DNA of 57,156 nucleotides from Alphaproteobacteria bacterium (GTDB lineage Bacteria; Pseudomonadota; Alphaproteobacteria; RF32; CAG-239): NCBI GenBank assembly GCA_017471705.1, contig JAFUSH010000012.1, positions 1 to 57,156 of the forward strand, read 5' to 3'. Shown piece by piece: positions 49,085 to 57,156 of this stretch (position 1 is its first letter; each line of letters starts with the position of its first letter). The notes under the pieces were generated by a model. It saw only the letters and a program-made list of their open reading frames with translations, ran no database searches and was not told where the DNA came from. The position numbers and the translations under genes were made by a program.

Positions 49085-51076
49085 TTAAATATCCAGATTA
49101 TCCACGAATTTAGCACGCTCGATGATAAAGCGGAAGCGCTGTTCCGGATCTTTTCCCATCAAGCGTTCCACCTGTCGGCGGGTTTCAAAATCTTCGGCTC
49201 TGCCCTCTTCGGTATTGGTACTCGGAATCATTACCCTCAGCAATATGCGATTGTTTTTATCCATCGTGGTTTCTTTTAGTTGTGTCGGGCTCATTTCACC
49301 TAAACCTTTAAAACGGCTTATATCCGGTTTAGTATTGCCTTTTACGACTTTCTTCAAAATCTTATCTTTTTCTTCGTCATCCAAAGCGTAATAGTTTTTA
49401 CCGCCGGCTACAATTTTATACAACGGCGGAGTGGCAATAAACAAATGCCCGTTTTCGATAAGCTTCGGCATATGCTGATAGAAAAATGTCATCAATAGCG
49501 AAGTAATATGCGCTCCATCGACATCGGCATCGGTCATTATAATGATTTTTTCATAACGCAGATTATCTTCATTGTAATTTTCTTTAACCCCGCAACCGAG
49601 AGCTTCAATCATATCTTTGATTTCCTGATTCTGACCGATGCGCTCAACCGAAGCACTTGCAACATTAAGTATTTTACCGCGCAACGGCAAAATGGCCTGC
49701 GTTACTCTGTCACGCCCCTGTTTAGCGGAGCCGCCGGCAGAATCTCCCTCGACGATAAATATTTCGGTATTTTCGGCCGCCGCCTGCGAACAATCGGCAA
49801 GTTTCCCCGGCAGACGCAATTTTTTGGTCGGAGCCTTGCGAAGCTGTTGCTTTTCTTCTTTTTTCTTTTTGCGCGCTTCTGCTCTCTCCAACACGTAGTT
49901 CATTAAGGTATTGGCATTTTCGATATCGGCGGAAAGCCAGTGATCAAACGAATCTTTAACTGCGGTTTCCACCAAATGTATCGCTTTGGTAGAGGTTAAT
50001 TTATCTTTGGTTTGCCCCTGAAATTGCGGGTCGGTAATAAATACCGAAAGCATCAGGCAGGCATCGCTCAAGAAGTCATCTGCAGTTACCGCAGAAACCT
50101 TTTTGATATTTGCCATATCGCCGTATTCTTTCAAACCGCGCATTAAAGCCGAGCGAAATCCGGTTTCGTGCGTACCGCCGTCCGGAGTAATAACCGTGTT
50201 GCAATAAGAATATGAAAAACCCTGTTCATCCAACGGCCACGTAATTGCCCATTCGACACGTCCTTCATTATTGGCAAGTTCCGACTCACCGATAAAAGCT
50301 TCACGGTTAACGGTTGCTCTGTCACCGATTTGAATATTCAAAAAGTCAGCCAATCCATTCGGGTAATGCAGCTCAGCGCTTTGCGGAGTAGCATCTCCTT
50401 CGGCTATCAATTCCGGTGCACAGCTCCAATTTATTTTCACCCCCTTGAACAAAAACGCCTTGGAACGCGCCATCCGGTATATGCGATTGACAATAAACTC
50501 ATTATTACCTTCAAATATCTCGGCATCCGGTTTAAAGGTAATCGACGTGCCTCTGCGATTTGGACAATTGCCGATGAACTCCAGTTTGGTAAGCGGTTTA
50601 CCCTTTGAATATTCCTGCCGATATAACTTTTTATCGCGCGCAACTTCAACAATCAGTTTTTCGGATAAAGCGTTGACGACAGATAAACCGACGCCGTGCA
50701 ACCCTCCGGAAACTTTATAAACTCCGCCGCCGAATTTACCGCCGGAATGTAAAGTGGTTAAAATGACCTCCAATGCGGAAACCCCCGGATATTTCGGGTG
50801 TTCGTCCACCGGAATCCCGCGTCCGTTATCGGTAACGGTAACCGAACCGTCGGCATTAACCGTAACGTCAATATGGTTGGCATATCCGGCAACTGCCTCA
50901 TCCATAGAATTATCCAAAATTTCCGCCACCAGATGATGCATAGCTTGTATATCGGTGCCGCCGATGTACATTCCCGGACGATGACGTACCGGCTCCAAGC
51001 CTTCCAAAACCTCAATATCCTGAGCCGAATATTCGATTTTCCCCTGAGTGGAAGAAGTTTCAAACAAATCAGTCAT
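49085..51076 (-). CDS. parE: DNA topoisomerase IV subunit B
   Basis: EILDNSMDEA, LHSGGKF, EGDSAGGSAK, PLRGKILN, MTDADVDG, RFKGLGEM..QLKETTM; no GyrB insertion. Confidence 0.93.
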   Translation of the reverse strand: MTDLFETSSTQGKIEYSAQDIEVLEGLEPVRHRPGMYIGGTDIQAMHHLVAEILDNSMDEAVAGYANHIDVTVNADGSVTVTDNGRGIPVDEHPKYPGVSALEVILTTLHSGGKFGGGVYKVSGGLHGVGLSVVNALSEKLIVEVARDKKLYRQEYSKGKPLTKLEFIGNCPNRRGTSITFKPDAEIFEGNNEFIVNRIYRMARSKAFLFKGVKINWSCAPELIAEGDATPQSAELHYPNGLADFLNIQIGDRATVNREAFIGESELANNEGRVEWAITWPLDEQGFSYSYCNTVITPDGGTHETGFRSALMRGLKEYGDMANIKKVSAVTADDFLSDACLMLSVFITDPQFQGQTKDKLTSTKAIHLVETAVKDSFDHWLSADIENANTLMNYVLERAEARKKKKEEKQQLRKAPTKKLRLPGKLADCSQAAAENTEIFIVEGDSAGGSAKQGRDRVTQAILPLRGKILNVASASVERIGQNQEIKDMIEALGCGVKENYNEDNLRYEKIIIMTDADVDGAHITSLLMTFFYQHMPKLIENGHLFIATPPLYKIVAGGKNYYALDDEEKDKILKKVVKGNTKPDISRFKGLGEMSPTQLKETTMDKNNRILLRVMIPSTNTEEGRAEDFETRRQVERLMGKDPEQRFRFIIERAKFVDNLDI

Positions 51077-51324
51077 TTTTACCCTCAAAGTCTTTCAAAT
51101 TGCCGATAAAATATAGCAATTATGCAGGTATTTCAAGTAAAAATCCCTATTCATAAACAAAAAAACATTTGCTATTATCCGTTGCCCTACAAATCTCTAT
51201 AGAAACTGTTGTAATTAATAACAGCAATTTATGGGAAAAATATGCCGCAAATTTTAAAATAATATTGACAAAATTTTCATTTATGCTACAATACAATCAT
51301 CTGAATGTTACTTGGAGAATAAGA

Positions 51325-52209
51325 ATGACAGCCGATAATAACGACAATATAAACAACAAGACTCCGGAGGCAGAGCGTTGGGAGAGTGCTCCTTCGAAAC
51401 CTAAAAAAGGCGGAAAGTTTAAAACTTTTGCTCTGGCCAGTCTGGTTTTGCTCAGCGCAGGTGTTGCCAAAATAGTTCAAACACTAAAGGCAGAAAAGCA
51501 AAAGACTGGATGGTATGATATGAACAAGGATGCGGACAGCATTTCCGTAAATGTTGAAGAAGGTAAATTCTTTGCTATAAAAAAGGAAGATAGCAAAGCC
51601 ATAAAAGAACTCAAAGATAAAATCAGTAAGTTATCGGAAGAGAAGAACAGCATTATAAATAAGGCCAATAAAGAATTCACCAAAGCACTTAAAAGCAGAG
51701 ATGTTGAAGGTATGCGCAATGCTATTAATGCAGGTGCCGACAATATTAATACTCCGAACAGCAAGGGAGAAACACCTTTAATTCAATTAGTTAAAGATAT
51801 TGAATCTGCTAAAGCTTATCATTGTACTCGTTTTCTGATTGGCTTAAATGTTGATGTAAATGTAAAAGATGCAAACGGAGCAACTGCCGAAGATTATTTA
51901 TCCTCCTCAAATTCATTAAAAGCCTCCACACTGAAAAGAGAGATAAATGAGAATAAGAATAAAGAAGTATTTAAGGGAGGAAACACTCCGAGAATAACAG
52001 AGATTAATCAATCTTTAAAAGAAAACAATGATAAATTATATGATGCATACGGATATAAAATGGAAATAAATGGTGACGAATCGAAATACTCGGCTCTAAA
52101 TTTTTCGCGTAGTGCAAACAGATATTCCAGACTTATGGCGGGAAATCCTAGACAGCAAGATGTGTCTCGAATGCGTAAATTAGACGATTTTTCCGAAAAT
52201 ATCAGATAA
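51325..52209 (+). CDS. Membrane-anchored ankyrin-repeat protein
   Basis: GGAG RBS before ATG 51325; hydrophobic segment; INTPNSKGETPL and VNVKDANGATA ankyrin turns. Confidence 0.75.
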   Translation: MTADNNDNINNKTPEAERWESAPSKPKKGGKFKTFALASLVLLSAGVAKIVQTLKAEKQKTGWYDMNKDADSISVNVEEGKFFAIKKEDSKAIKELKDKISKLSEEKNSIINKANKEFTKALKSRDVEGMRNAINAGADNINTPNSKGETPLIQLVKDIESAKAYHCTRFLIGLNVDVNVKDANGATAEDYLSSSNSLKASTLKREINENKNKEVFKGGNTPRITEINQSLKENNDKLYDAYGYKMEINGDESKYSALNFSRSANRYSRLMAGNPRQQDVSRMRKLDDFSENIR

Positions 52210-52218
52210 TTTTTTAGC

Positions 52219-52252
52219 AAATCTCTCGCATAAAAAAACGAGAGATTTTTTT
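52219..52252 (+). terminator. Intrinsic terminator
   Basis: AAATCTCTCG...CGAGAGATTT followed by TTTT. Confidence 0.8.
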
Positions 52253-52300
52253 CTGCATTAATTACAAAAAAAACTTCAAATTACCAATACTCTAAAGCAT

Positions 52301-52329
52301 TTGACAAAATATGATAAATATGAGATAAT
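52301..52329 (+). promoter_or_regulatory. Putative sigma70 promoter
   Basis: TTGACA-17 bp-GATAAT with extended TG. Confidence 0.55.
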
Positions 52330-52357
52330 ATGCTGAAAGCAGCTGATGGAGGCAACA

Positions 52358-52942
52358 ATGGTAAAAGATTTGAAAAAACAATTAAGAACGGACACTAAAA
52401 AAGCAAAAATAAGAGTTCAAGAAACTTTTGTTGCGATTAAATACTACTCGAAAATAGTGTGGGGAGCCGTTAAAAAACCGTTGATGAGTTTTAGTATGGC
52501 TGCCGTTTTGGCCTCCTGCGGATTTACAAAAACTCAGACAAGAAATGCCGAACAAGATGCTAAACAGGATCAAATCGCTCAGGTTGTAAGTACTAACGAA
52601 GAACCGTCTTACGGATACAGCAATCCCAATGAAGTTGTTGAAACTCCTGAGGAAAAATCAGCTCGCGAAGCGGAAGAAGAATACTGGAAAATTATGGAAG
52701 GCAGACAAACACACGGTGATGCCGGAACAGATAAGACCGATTATGGTAAGCCGGGAAAGGGAGCTCCGCAAATGACTGCCGAAGATTATGAAAAAATACG
52801 CGAGGCATACAGTCAAATCGGTACAGGTATGGATAATATAGAACAAGCGGAATTGGAAAGAGAGATTATGGACAGAGCAACTTCGGGCGGCAGAACCGCC
52901 AGCTGGGCCAAGGCCGTGAGAGATGCCGGACGCGGAAAGTAA
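52358..52942 (+). CDS. Orphan hypothetical protein, possible lipoprotein with long N-region
   Basis: GGAGG RBS; lipobox-like AAVLASC about 54 residues in. Confidence 0.65.
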   Translation: MVKDLKKQLRTDTKKAKIRVQETFVAIKYYSKIVWGAVKKPLMSFSMAAVLASCGFTKTQTRNAEQDAKQDQIAQVVSTNEEPSYGYSNPNEVVETPEEKSAREAEEEYWKIMEGRQTHGDAGTDKTDYGKPGKGAPQMTAEDYEKIREAYSQIGTGMDNIEQAELEREIMDRATSGGRTASWAKAVRDAGRGK

Positions 52943-53002
52943 AAAATGCGTTTATATATGTAAAAAAAGCTTGCAAATTTATAAAGTTATGCTAAAAGTA
53001 TG

Positions 53003-53118
53003 CCGAAGCCGCAATGGTGCGGCTTTATAACAACACACACGCAGATAGGCGGAAGGTTGCTTTAACTTATTCGCTCCGGTGCCATAAAAAGCCAAAGTCT
53101 GCGGAGGTTTAACCGGAA
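53003..53118 (+). ncRNA. rpsB leader (S2 autoregulatory / t44-like RNA)
   Basis: ACACACGC...CCGGTGC...GCGGAGGT..AACCGG pattern directly upstream of rpsB; GCAGAT/GTCTGC stem. Confidence 0.75.
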
Positions 53119-53134
53119 AAAAGGATATATAAAT

Positions 53135-53950
53135 ATGACAATTCCTACATTTACTTTACGCCAGATGGTTGAAGCCGGCGTACACTTCGGACACCACGCT
53201 CGTCGTTGGAATCCGCAAATGGCTCCGTATATTTACGGTAAGAAAGACAGCATTCATATCATCGATTTGCAAAAAACTTATCCGATGTTTTATAACGCTT
53301 TGAACGCTACCCGCGAAGTTGCGGCTAACGGCGGCAAAGTTTTGTTCGTTGCCACTAAAAGACAAGCTCAAGACATTGTTAAGGAAAGCGCCGAAAGATG
53401 CGGTCAATACTATGTTAACTATCGTTGGTTGGGCGGTATGCTGACCAACTGGAAAACAGTTTATAAATCAATTACACGTTTGAACAAATTGAACGAAATG
53501 GAAGAAAAGAATTCTTATGAAGGATACACCAAAAAAGAAATCTTGAACCTGAAAAAAGAACGTGAAAAATTGCAGATTACCTTAAACGGTATCAAAGATA
53601 TGGGCGGTCAACCTGATTTATTATTCGTGATTGATACACCAAAAGAATCTTTGGCAATCAAAGAAGCTAAAAAACTGGGTATTCCGGTTGTCGGTATTGT
53701 TGATACCAACGCAAATCCTAATGAAGTTGATTATCCGGTTCCGGGTAATGATGACGCTATTCGCGCCATTCAATTTTATTGTGATATGGTTTCCGGCGCT
53801 ATTTTGGACGGTGTTCAGGCAGAAATGGCCGCTAAAGGCTTGGAAGTAAGCGATACTTCTTCCGAAAGTGTTGAAGCTGCTCCTAAAAAGAGAGCTTCGC
53901 GCAAAACTAAAGCCGCTAAAGCAGAAGAAGCCGAAGCAAGCGCAGAATAA
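53135..53950 (+). CDS. rpsB: 30S ribosomal protein S2
   Basis: EAGVHFGH, RWLGGMLTN, PGNDDAIRAI. Confidence 0.99.
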   Translation: MTIPTFTLRQMVEAGVHFGHHARRWNPQMAPYIYGKKDSIHIIDLQKTYPMFYNALNATREVAANGGKVLFVATKRQAQDIVKESAERCGQYYVNYRWLGGMLTNWKTVYKSITRLNKLNEMEEKNSYEGYTKKEILNLKKEREKLQITLNGIKDMGGQPDLLFVIDTPKESLAIKEAKKLGIPVVGIVDTNANPNEVDYPVPGNDDAIRAIQFYCDMVSGAILDGVQAEMAAKGLEVSDTSSESVEAAPKKRASRKTKAAKAEEAEASAE

Positions 53951-53979
53951 TTCTGACAAGCTTGATGTGAATTGAAACA

Positions 53980-54016
53980 GGCGCGGTCATAAAAATTATT
54001 GCACCGCGCCGATTTT
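53980..54016 (+). terminator. rpsB-tsf intergenic hairpin / weak terminator
   Basis: GGCGCGGT...ACCGCGCC followed by GATTTT. Confidence 0.55.
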
Positions 54017-54050
54017 GAATAAATAAAAAGTTTTATAAAGGAATTTTAAG

Positions 54051-54977
54051 ATGGCAGATATTACAGCCGCTATGGTAAAAGAATTGAGAGAAAGTACCGG
54101 CGCCGGTATGCTTGATTGCAAAAAGGCTCTGGTTGAAGCAGACGGGAATATGGAACAAGCCGTTGACTGGCTGCGTAAAAAAGGTTTGGCTTCGGCTGCT
54201 AAAAAATCCAGTCGTATTGCCGCCGAAGGTTTGGTTGCGGTCACGGTTAAAGGTAACAAAGGTGCAGCCGTTGAAGTTAACTCCGAAACCGATTTCGTTG
54301 CTAAAAACGAAATTTTCCAAGCTTATGTTGCCGATGTAGTTGAAGCAGCTTTGGATACCGGCAGCGATGTTGAAGCGCTCAAAAATGCTAAAGATGCATC
54401 TACAGGTAAAACATTTGGTGAACGTTTGACCGATATGGTTGCCCGTATCGGTGAAAATATGAATCTGCGCCGTACGAAAGTTGTTTCGGTTAACAACGGC
54501 TTGATTTGTTCGTATGTTCACAATGTAGCTCGCGATAATTTAGGTAAAATCGGTGTATTGGTTGCTTTGGAATCAACCGCCGATAAAACTCAATTGGCTG
54601 ATTTAGGCAAACATATTGCTATGCATATTGCCGCTAATGCGCCGATTGCCTTAAATATTGCCGGTGTTGATGCCGCCGCCGTTGAACACGAAAAAGAAAT
54701 TTTCCGTGAACAAGCTGCAGCTTCCGGAAAACCGGCTAACATCATAGAAAAAATGATTGAAGGTCGTATCCGTAAATTTTACGAAGAAGTTGTTTTAGAA
54801 GAACAATCTTACGTTATGGATCCGGATAAGAAAGTTAAAGACGTGGTTGCTGACAAAGCTAAAGAATGCGGTACCGATATTAAAATAAGCGATTATGTAT
54901 TCTTTAAATTGGGTGACGGTTTGCAAAAGAAAGAAGAAGATTTTGCCGCCGAAGTTAACGCTCAATTAGCTAAATAA
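54051..54977 (+). CDS. tsf: Elongation factor Ts
   Basis: VKELRESTGAGMLDCKKAL, EVNSETDFVA, DFAAEV. Confidence 0.99.
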   Translation: MADITAAMVKELRESTGAGMLDCKKALVEADGNMEQAVDWLRKKGLASAAKKSSRIAAEGLVAVTVKGNKGAAVEVNSETDFVAKNEIFQAYVADVVEAALDTGSDVEALKNAKDASTGKTFGERLTDMVARIGENMNLRRTKVVSVNNGLICSYVHNVARDNLGKIGVLVALESTADKTQLADLGKHIAMHIAANAPIALNIAGVDAAAVEHEKEIFREQAAASGKPANIIEKMIEGRIRKFYEEVVLEEQSYVMDPDKKVKDVVADKAKECGTDIKISDYVFFKLGDGLQKKEEDFAAEVNAQLAK

Positions 54978-54990
54978 TCACTAAAATAAG

Positions 54991-55038
54991 CAAACAAAGG
55001 CGCTTCTTTTTACTTATAGGGAGTGCCTTTGTTTGTTT
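54991..55038 (+). terminator. Terminator after tsf
   Basis: CAAACAAAGGCGCTTC...GGAGTGCCTTTGTTTG long stem with G-U pairs. Confidence 0.75.
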
Positions 55039-55054
55039 GAAAAGGTCGACAGAA

Positions 55055-55612
55055 ATGAACGAAGAAATACAAGGCAAAACTATGGAGCAGGAAAATATGA
55101 AAACTATATTTGATTGTTGGACAGATGCCATCAAACATTTCTTTGATATCAGAGGTCGTACGACGCGCTATGAATTCTGGGCTTTTCAAACTGTCAGTTT
55201 GTTTATATTCATTTCAGCATCTTTAATTGGTTTCTGTTTTGATTTATATAAAATCGTTTTTGAAATTTACGCCGTTTATTTTCTGGCTCCGGCAACAGCC
55301 ATAAGCATTCGCCGTCTGCACGATATGGGATTATCCGGAAAATGGGCGGTTCCTGCTTTTATTTTAGCCGTAATAATGCTGATTTCTTGGGAATTAGGCA
55401 CTGACTTCGTTTTTTTACCGCTGTTTTTACTTCTTTGCTATATAAGTTATTTATACTGGCTGTTGAGTGATGACAGCGACAATAATAATATATACGGCAA
55501 TAAAATCGACGAGCCGGAAATATACAATCAGGACAGTAAAGTGTTTATTATCTTTATGGCACTTTTCTTAAGCGCTCTGTGGATAATTTTTTTAATAAAC
55601 ACATTGTTCTGA
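55055..55612 (+). CDS. DUF805 (YhaH/YhaI-like) membrane protein
   Basis: FDIRGRTTRYEFW, ISIRRLHDMGLSG, N.YG. Confidence 0.88.
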   Translation: MNEEIQGKTMEQENMKTIFDCWTDAIKHFFDIRGRTTRYEFWAFQTVSLFIFISASLIGFCFDLYKIVFEIYAVYFLAPATAISIRRLHDMGLSGKWAVPAFILAVIMLISWELGTDFVFLPLFLLLCYISYLYWLLSDDSDNNNIYGNKIDEPEIYNQDSKVFIIFMALFLSALWIIFLINTLF

Positions 55613-55753
55613 AACTCCATAAATACTGATTTATCACTGTTTCTCCATAAATTCCGTAACAATTCGTAACATATTGTTAAAAGCATTTAGGCAAAATTTA
55701 TGATATATAATATCATACGTTTTTGTAATCAGCTAAATTATAAAGGATTTTCT

Positions 55754-56779
55754 ATGAGCAATACAATCAAAGTTGCCGTTATCGGCGCCGGAATGATGGG
55801 GAAAAACCACTTAAAAACTTATAAAACAATGCAGGGCGTTGAACTGGTCGGTGTTTACGATATTTTTCCCGACGCCGCCAAAGCAGCTGCCGAAATGTTC
55901 GGAATAAAAGCTTTTTCTTCAATGGAAGAAGTTGCAGCTAATGTTGATGCTGTCAGCGTAGTTACGACTTCGGTTACTCACGCCGATGTCGGTGAATTTT
56001 TTATGAACAAAGGTATTCATTGTATGATGGAAAAACCTCTAGCCACTACCGAAGAAGGTTGTATGCGTCTTATTAATGCTGCCAAAAACAACAATGTCGT
56101 GTTGATGGTCGGACACATTGAGCGCTTTAATCCGGCTGTTGAGCAAATGGGAAAATTGTTATCGGATACCTCTAAAATCCGTTCACTTACAGCTCAGCGT
56201 ATGTCGGCTGCCAGCGGTCGTATTACCGATGTCGATGTAGCTATGGATTTGATGATTCACGATGTTGAAGTTATTCAATCGTTGGTACAATCTCCGGTGA
56301 TTAACGTACAAACAGCTTCGGTTAAAACAAAGGAAAGTCCGCAAGGAAAAGATTACATTACTGCTCTGCTGGAGTTTGCCAACGGTGCTACCGCCAATAT
56401 TACCGCCAGCCGTATCACACAGTCAAGAGTGCGTACTTTGACGGTTACTACCGATACCAACTACATTGATATGGATTTTATAAATCAAAGCATCAATGTT
56501 CATACTCAGGGTCGTATGCCATATGTTAATCAGGAAGAAATTCCGGAGTGGATGAATTACGGCTTAAAAGGCAGTGTCGAACAATTGTTTATTCCGACCA
56601 ATCAACCATTGTTGGCAGAATTGAACCACTTTGTTAAGTGCGTTAACGGTGAAGCAACTCCGCGCGTTAACGGTGAACAGGCTCTGGATGCCTTGCGCGT
56701 GATTTGGGAAGTCGAAGAGAAACTCGGTTTTTTAAATGAAAACAAAACCGAGAAAAAAGGTAAATCCAAAGCTGCTTAA
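55754..56779 (+). CDS. Gfo/Idh/MocA family oxidoreductase (GnnA/WlbA-like sugar-nucleotide 3-dehydrogenase)
   Basis: VAVIGAGMMG, MEKP, VGHIERFNPA, DLMIHD; start ATG 55754 after AAGGA. Confidence 0.88.
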   Translation: MSNTIKVAVIGAGMMGKNHLKTYKTMQGVELVGVYDIFPDAAKAAAEMFGIKAFSSMEEVAANVDAVSVVTTSVTHADVGEFFMNKGIHCMMEKPLATTEEGCMRLINAAKNNNVVLMVGHIERFNPAVEQMGKLLSDTSKIRSLTAQRMSAASGRITDVDVAMDLMIHDVEVIQSLVQSPVINVQTASVKTKESPQGKDYITALLEFANGATANITASRITQSRVRTLTVTTDTNYIDMDFINQSINVHTQGRMPYVNQEEIPEWMNYGLKGSVEQLFIPTNQPLLAELNHFVKCVNGEATPRVNGEQALDALRVIWEVEEKLGFLNENKTEKKGKSKAA

Positions 56780-56839
56780 TACAATAAAAGCCTTCTTTCC
56801 CATACATATTTTTAGTAAATATTCCGATTGTATTAAACT

Positions 56840-57156
56840 ATGCGAGAGAAAATATTATACTTGCGAAACCGTCTTTTATCAGGATTTATTACCAAAATAA
56901 AGAATCCGTTTTTTACGGTGTCATTGCTTCTGTGTATTTCTCTTTGCTTTTTTCAACTTTGGCTTTATTGGCCGGGATATATACAAGATGATTCACAAAC
57001 TACGCTGTTGTTAATTAAAAGCGGATGGCATCCGGTGATTATGGCTTATTTGGTGGAAATAATGCATAATTTGTTCGGAGTTCACGTATATAATCTTTTT
57101 TTGCTCACTATGGTACCTTTTTATCTGGGAATATGGATAATTATTTATTCTGTATA
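56840..57156 (+). CDS. Partial integral membrane protein, possibly GT-C-like (runs off the window)
   Basis: Open frame to the window end, missing from the ORF track: MREKILYL...YWPGYIQDDS...GWHPVIMAYL..., with hydrophobic segments. Confidence 0.65.
   Translation, partial: MREKILYLRNRLLSGFITKIKNPFFTVSLLLCISLCFFQLWLYWPGYIQDDSQTTLLLIKSGWHPVIMAYLVEIMHNLFGVHVYNLFLLTMVPFYLGIWIIIYSV

Noticed and set aside
451-54521. Numerous antisense and alternate-frame ORFs in the track
   Set aside because: They are shadows of well-supported genes and carry no recognisable motifs.
55651-55680. GTAAC direct repeat / CtrA-like site upstream of the oxidoreductase
   Set aside because: Short and imperfect in AT-rich DNA; not distinguishable from chance.
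1-57156. GANTC (CcrM) or GATC avoidance, and alternative genetic code
   Set aside because: GANTC and GATC sites are seen frequently; TAA, TAG and TGA all end genes at expected lengths, and both prfA and prfB are intact.

Overview
Chromosomal segment of a low-GC alphaproteobacterium; gene content and order resemble a reduced Rhodospirillales-like lineage such as gut RF32-type (inference). Most of it is housekeeping: nusG-secE, a Lon-like S16 protease, slyX, a YhdP/AsmA-like gene, frameshifted prfB, mrcA, amiC, rne, bepA, apt, glgA-like, grpE, lptF-lptD-surA-rsmA, ptsP-rodZ-hisS-prfA, hslO, recX, parE and rpsB-tsf. Main unusual features: (1) a 1881-aa autotransporter-like surface protein whose passenger is about 15 tandem 8-Cys repeats resembling protist surface antigens, with recent 198-bp duplications; (2) near-total absence of the tetramer CATG (one site found by manual reading of 57 kb), together with an AT-rich two-methyltransferase plus small PD-(D/E)XK nuclease cassette that does not appear to target GATC; (3) a phage P1 C4 / P4 CI-like antisense RNA module with matching target sites, upstream of an 80-aa orphan ORF next to that cassette; (4) nested cruciform palindromic elements between the autotransporter and prfA; (5) several structured leaders and conserved operons lacking expected genes (lptG, pdxA, ispG, prmC). 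All counts are by eye; no database searches were run.
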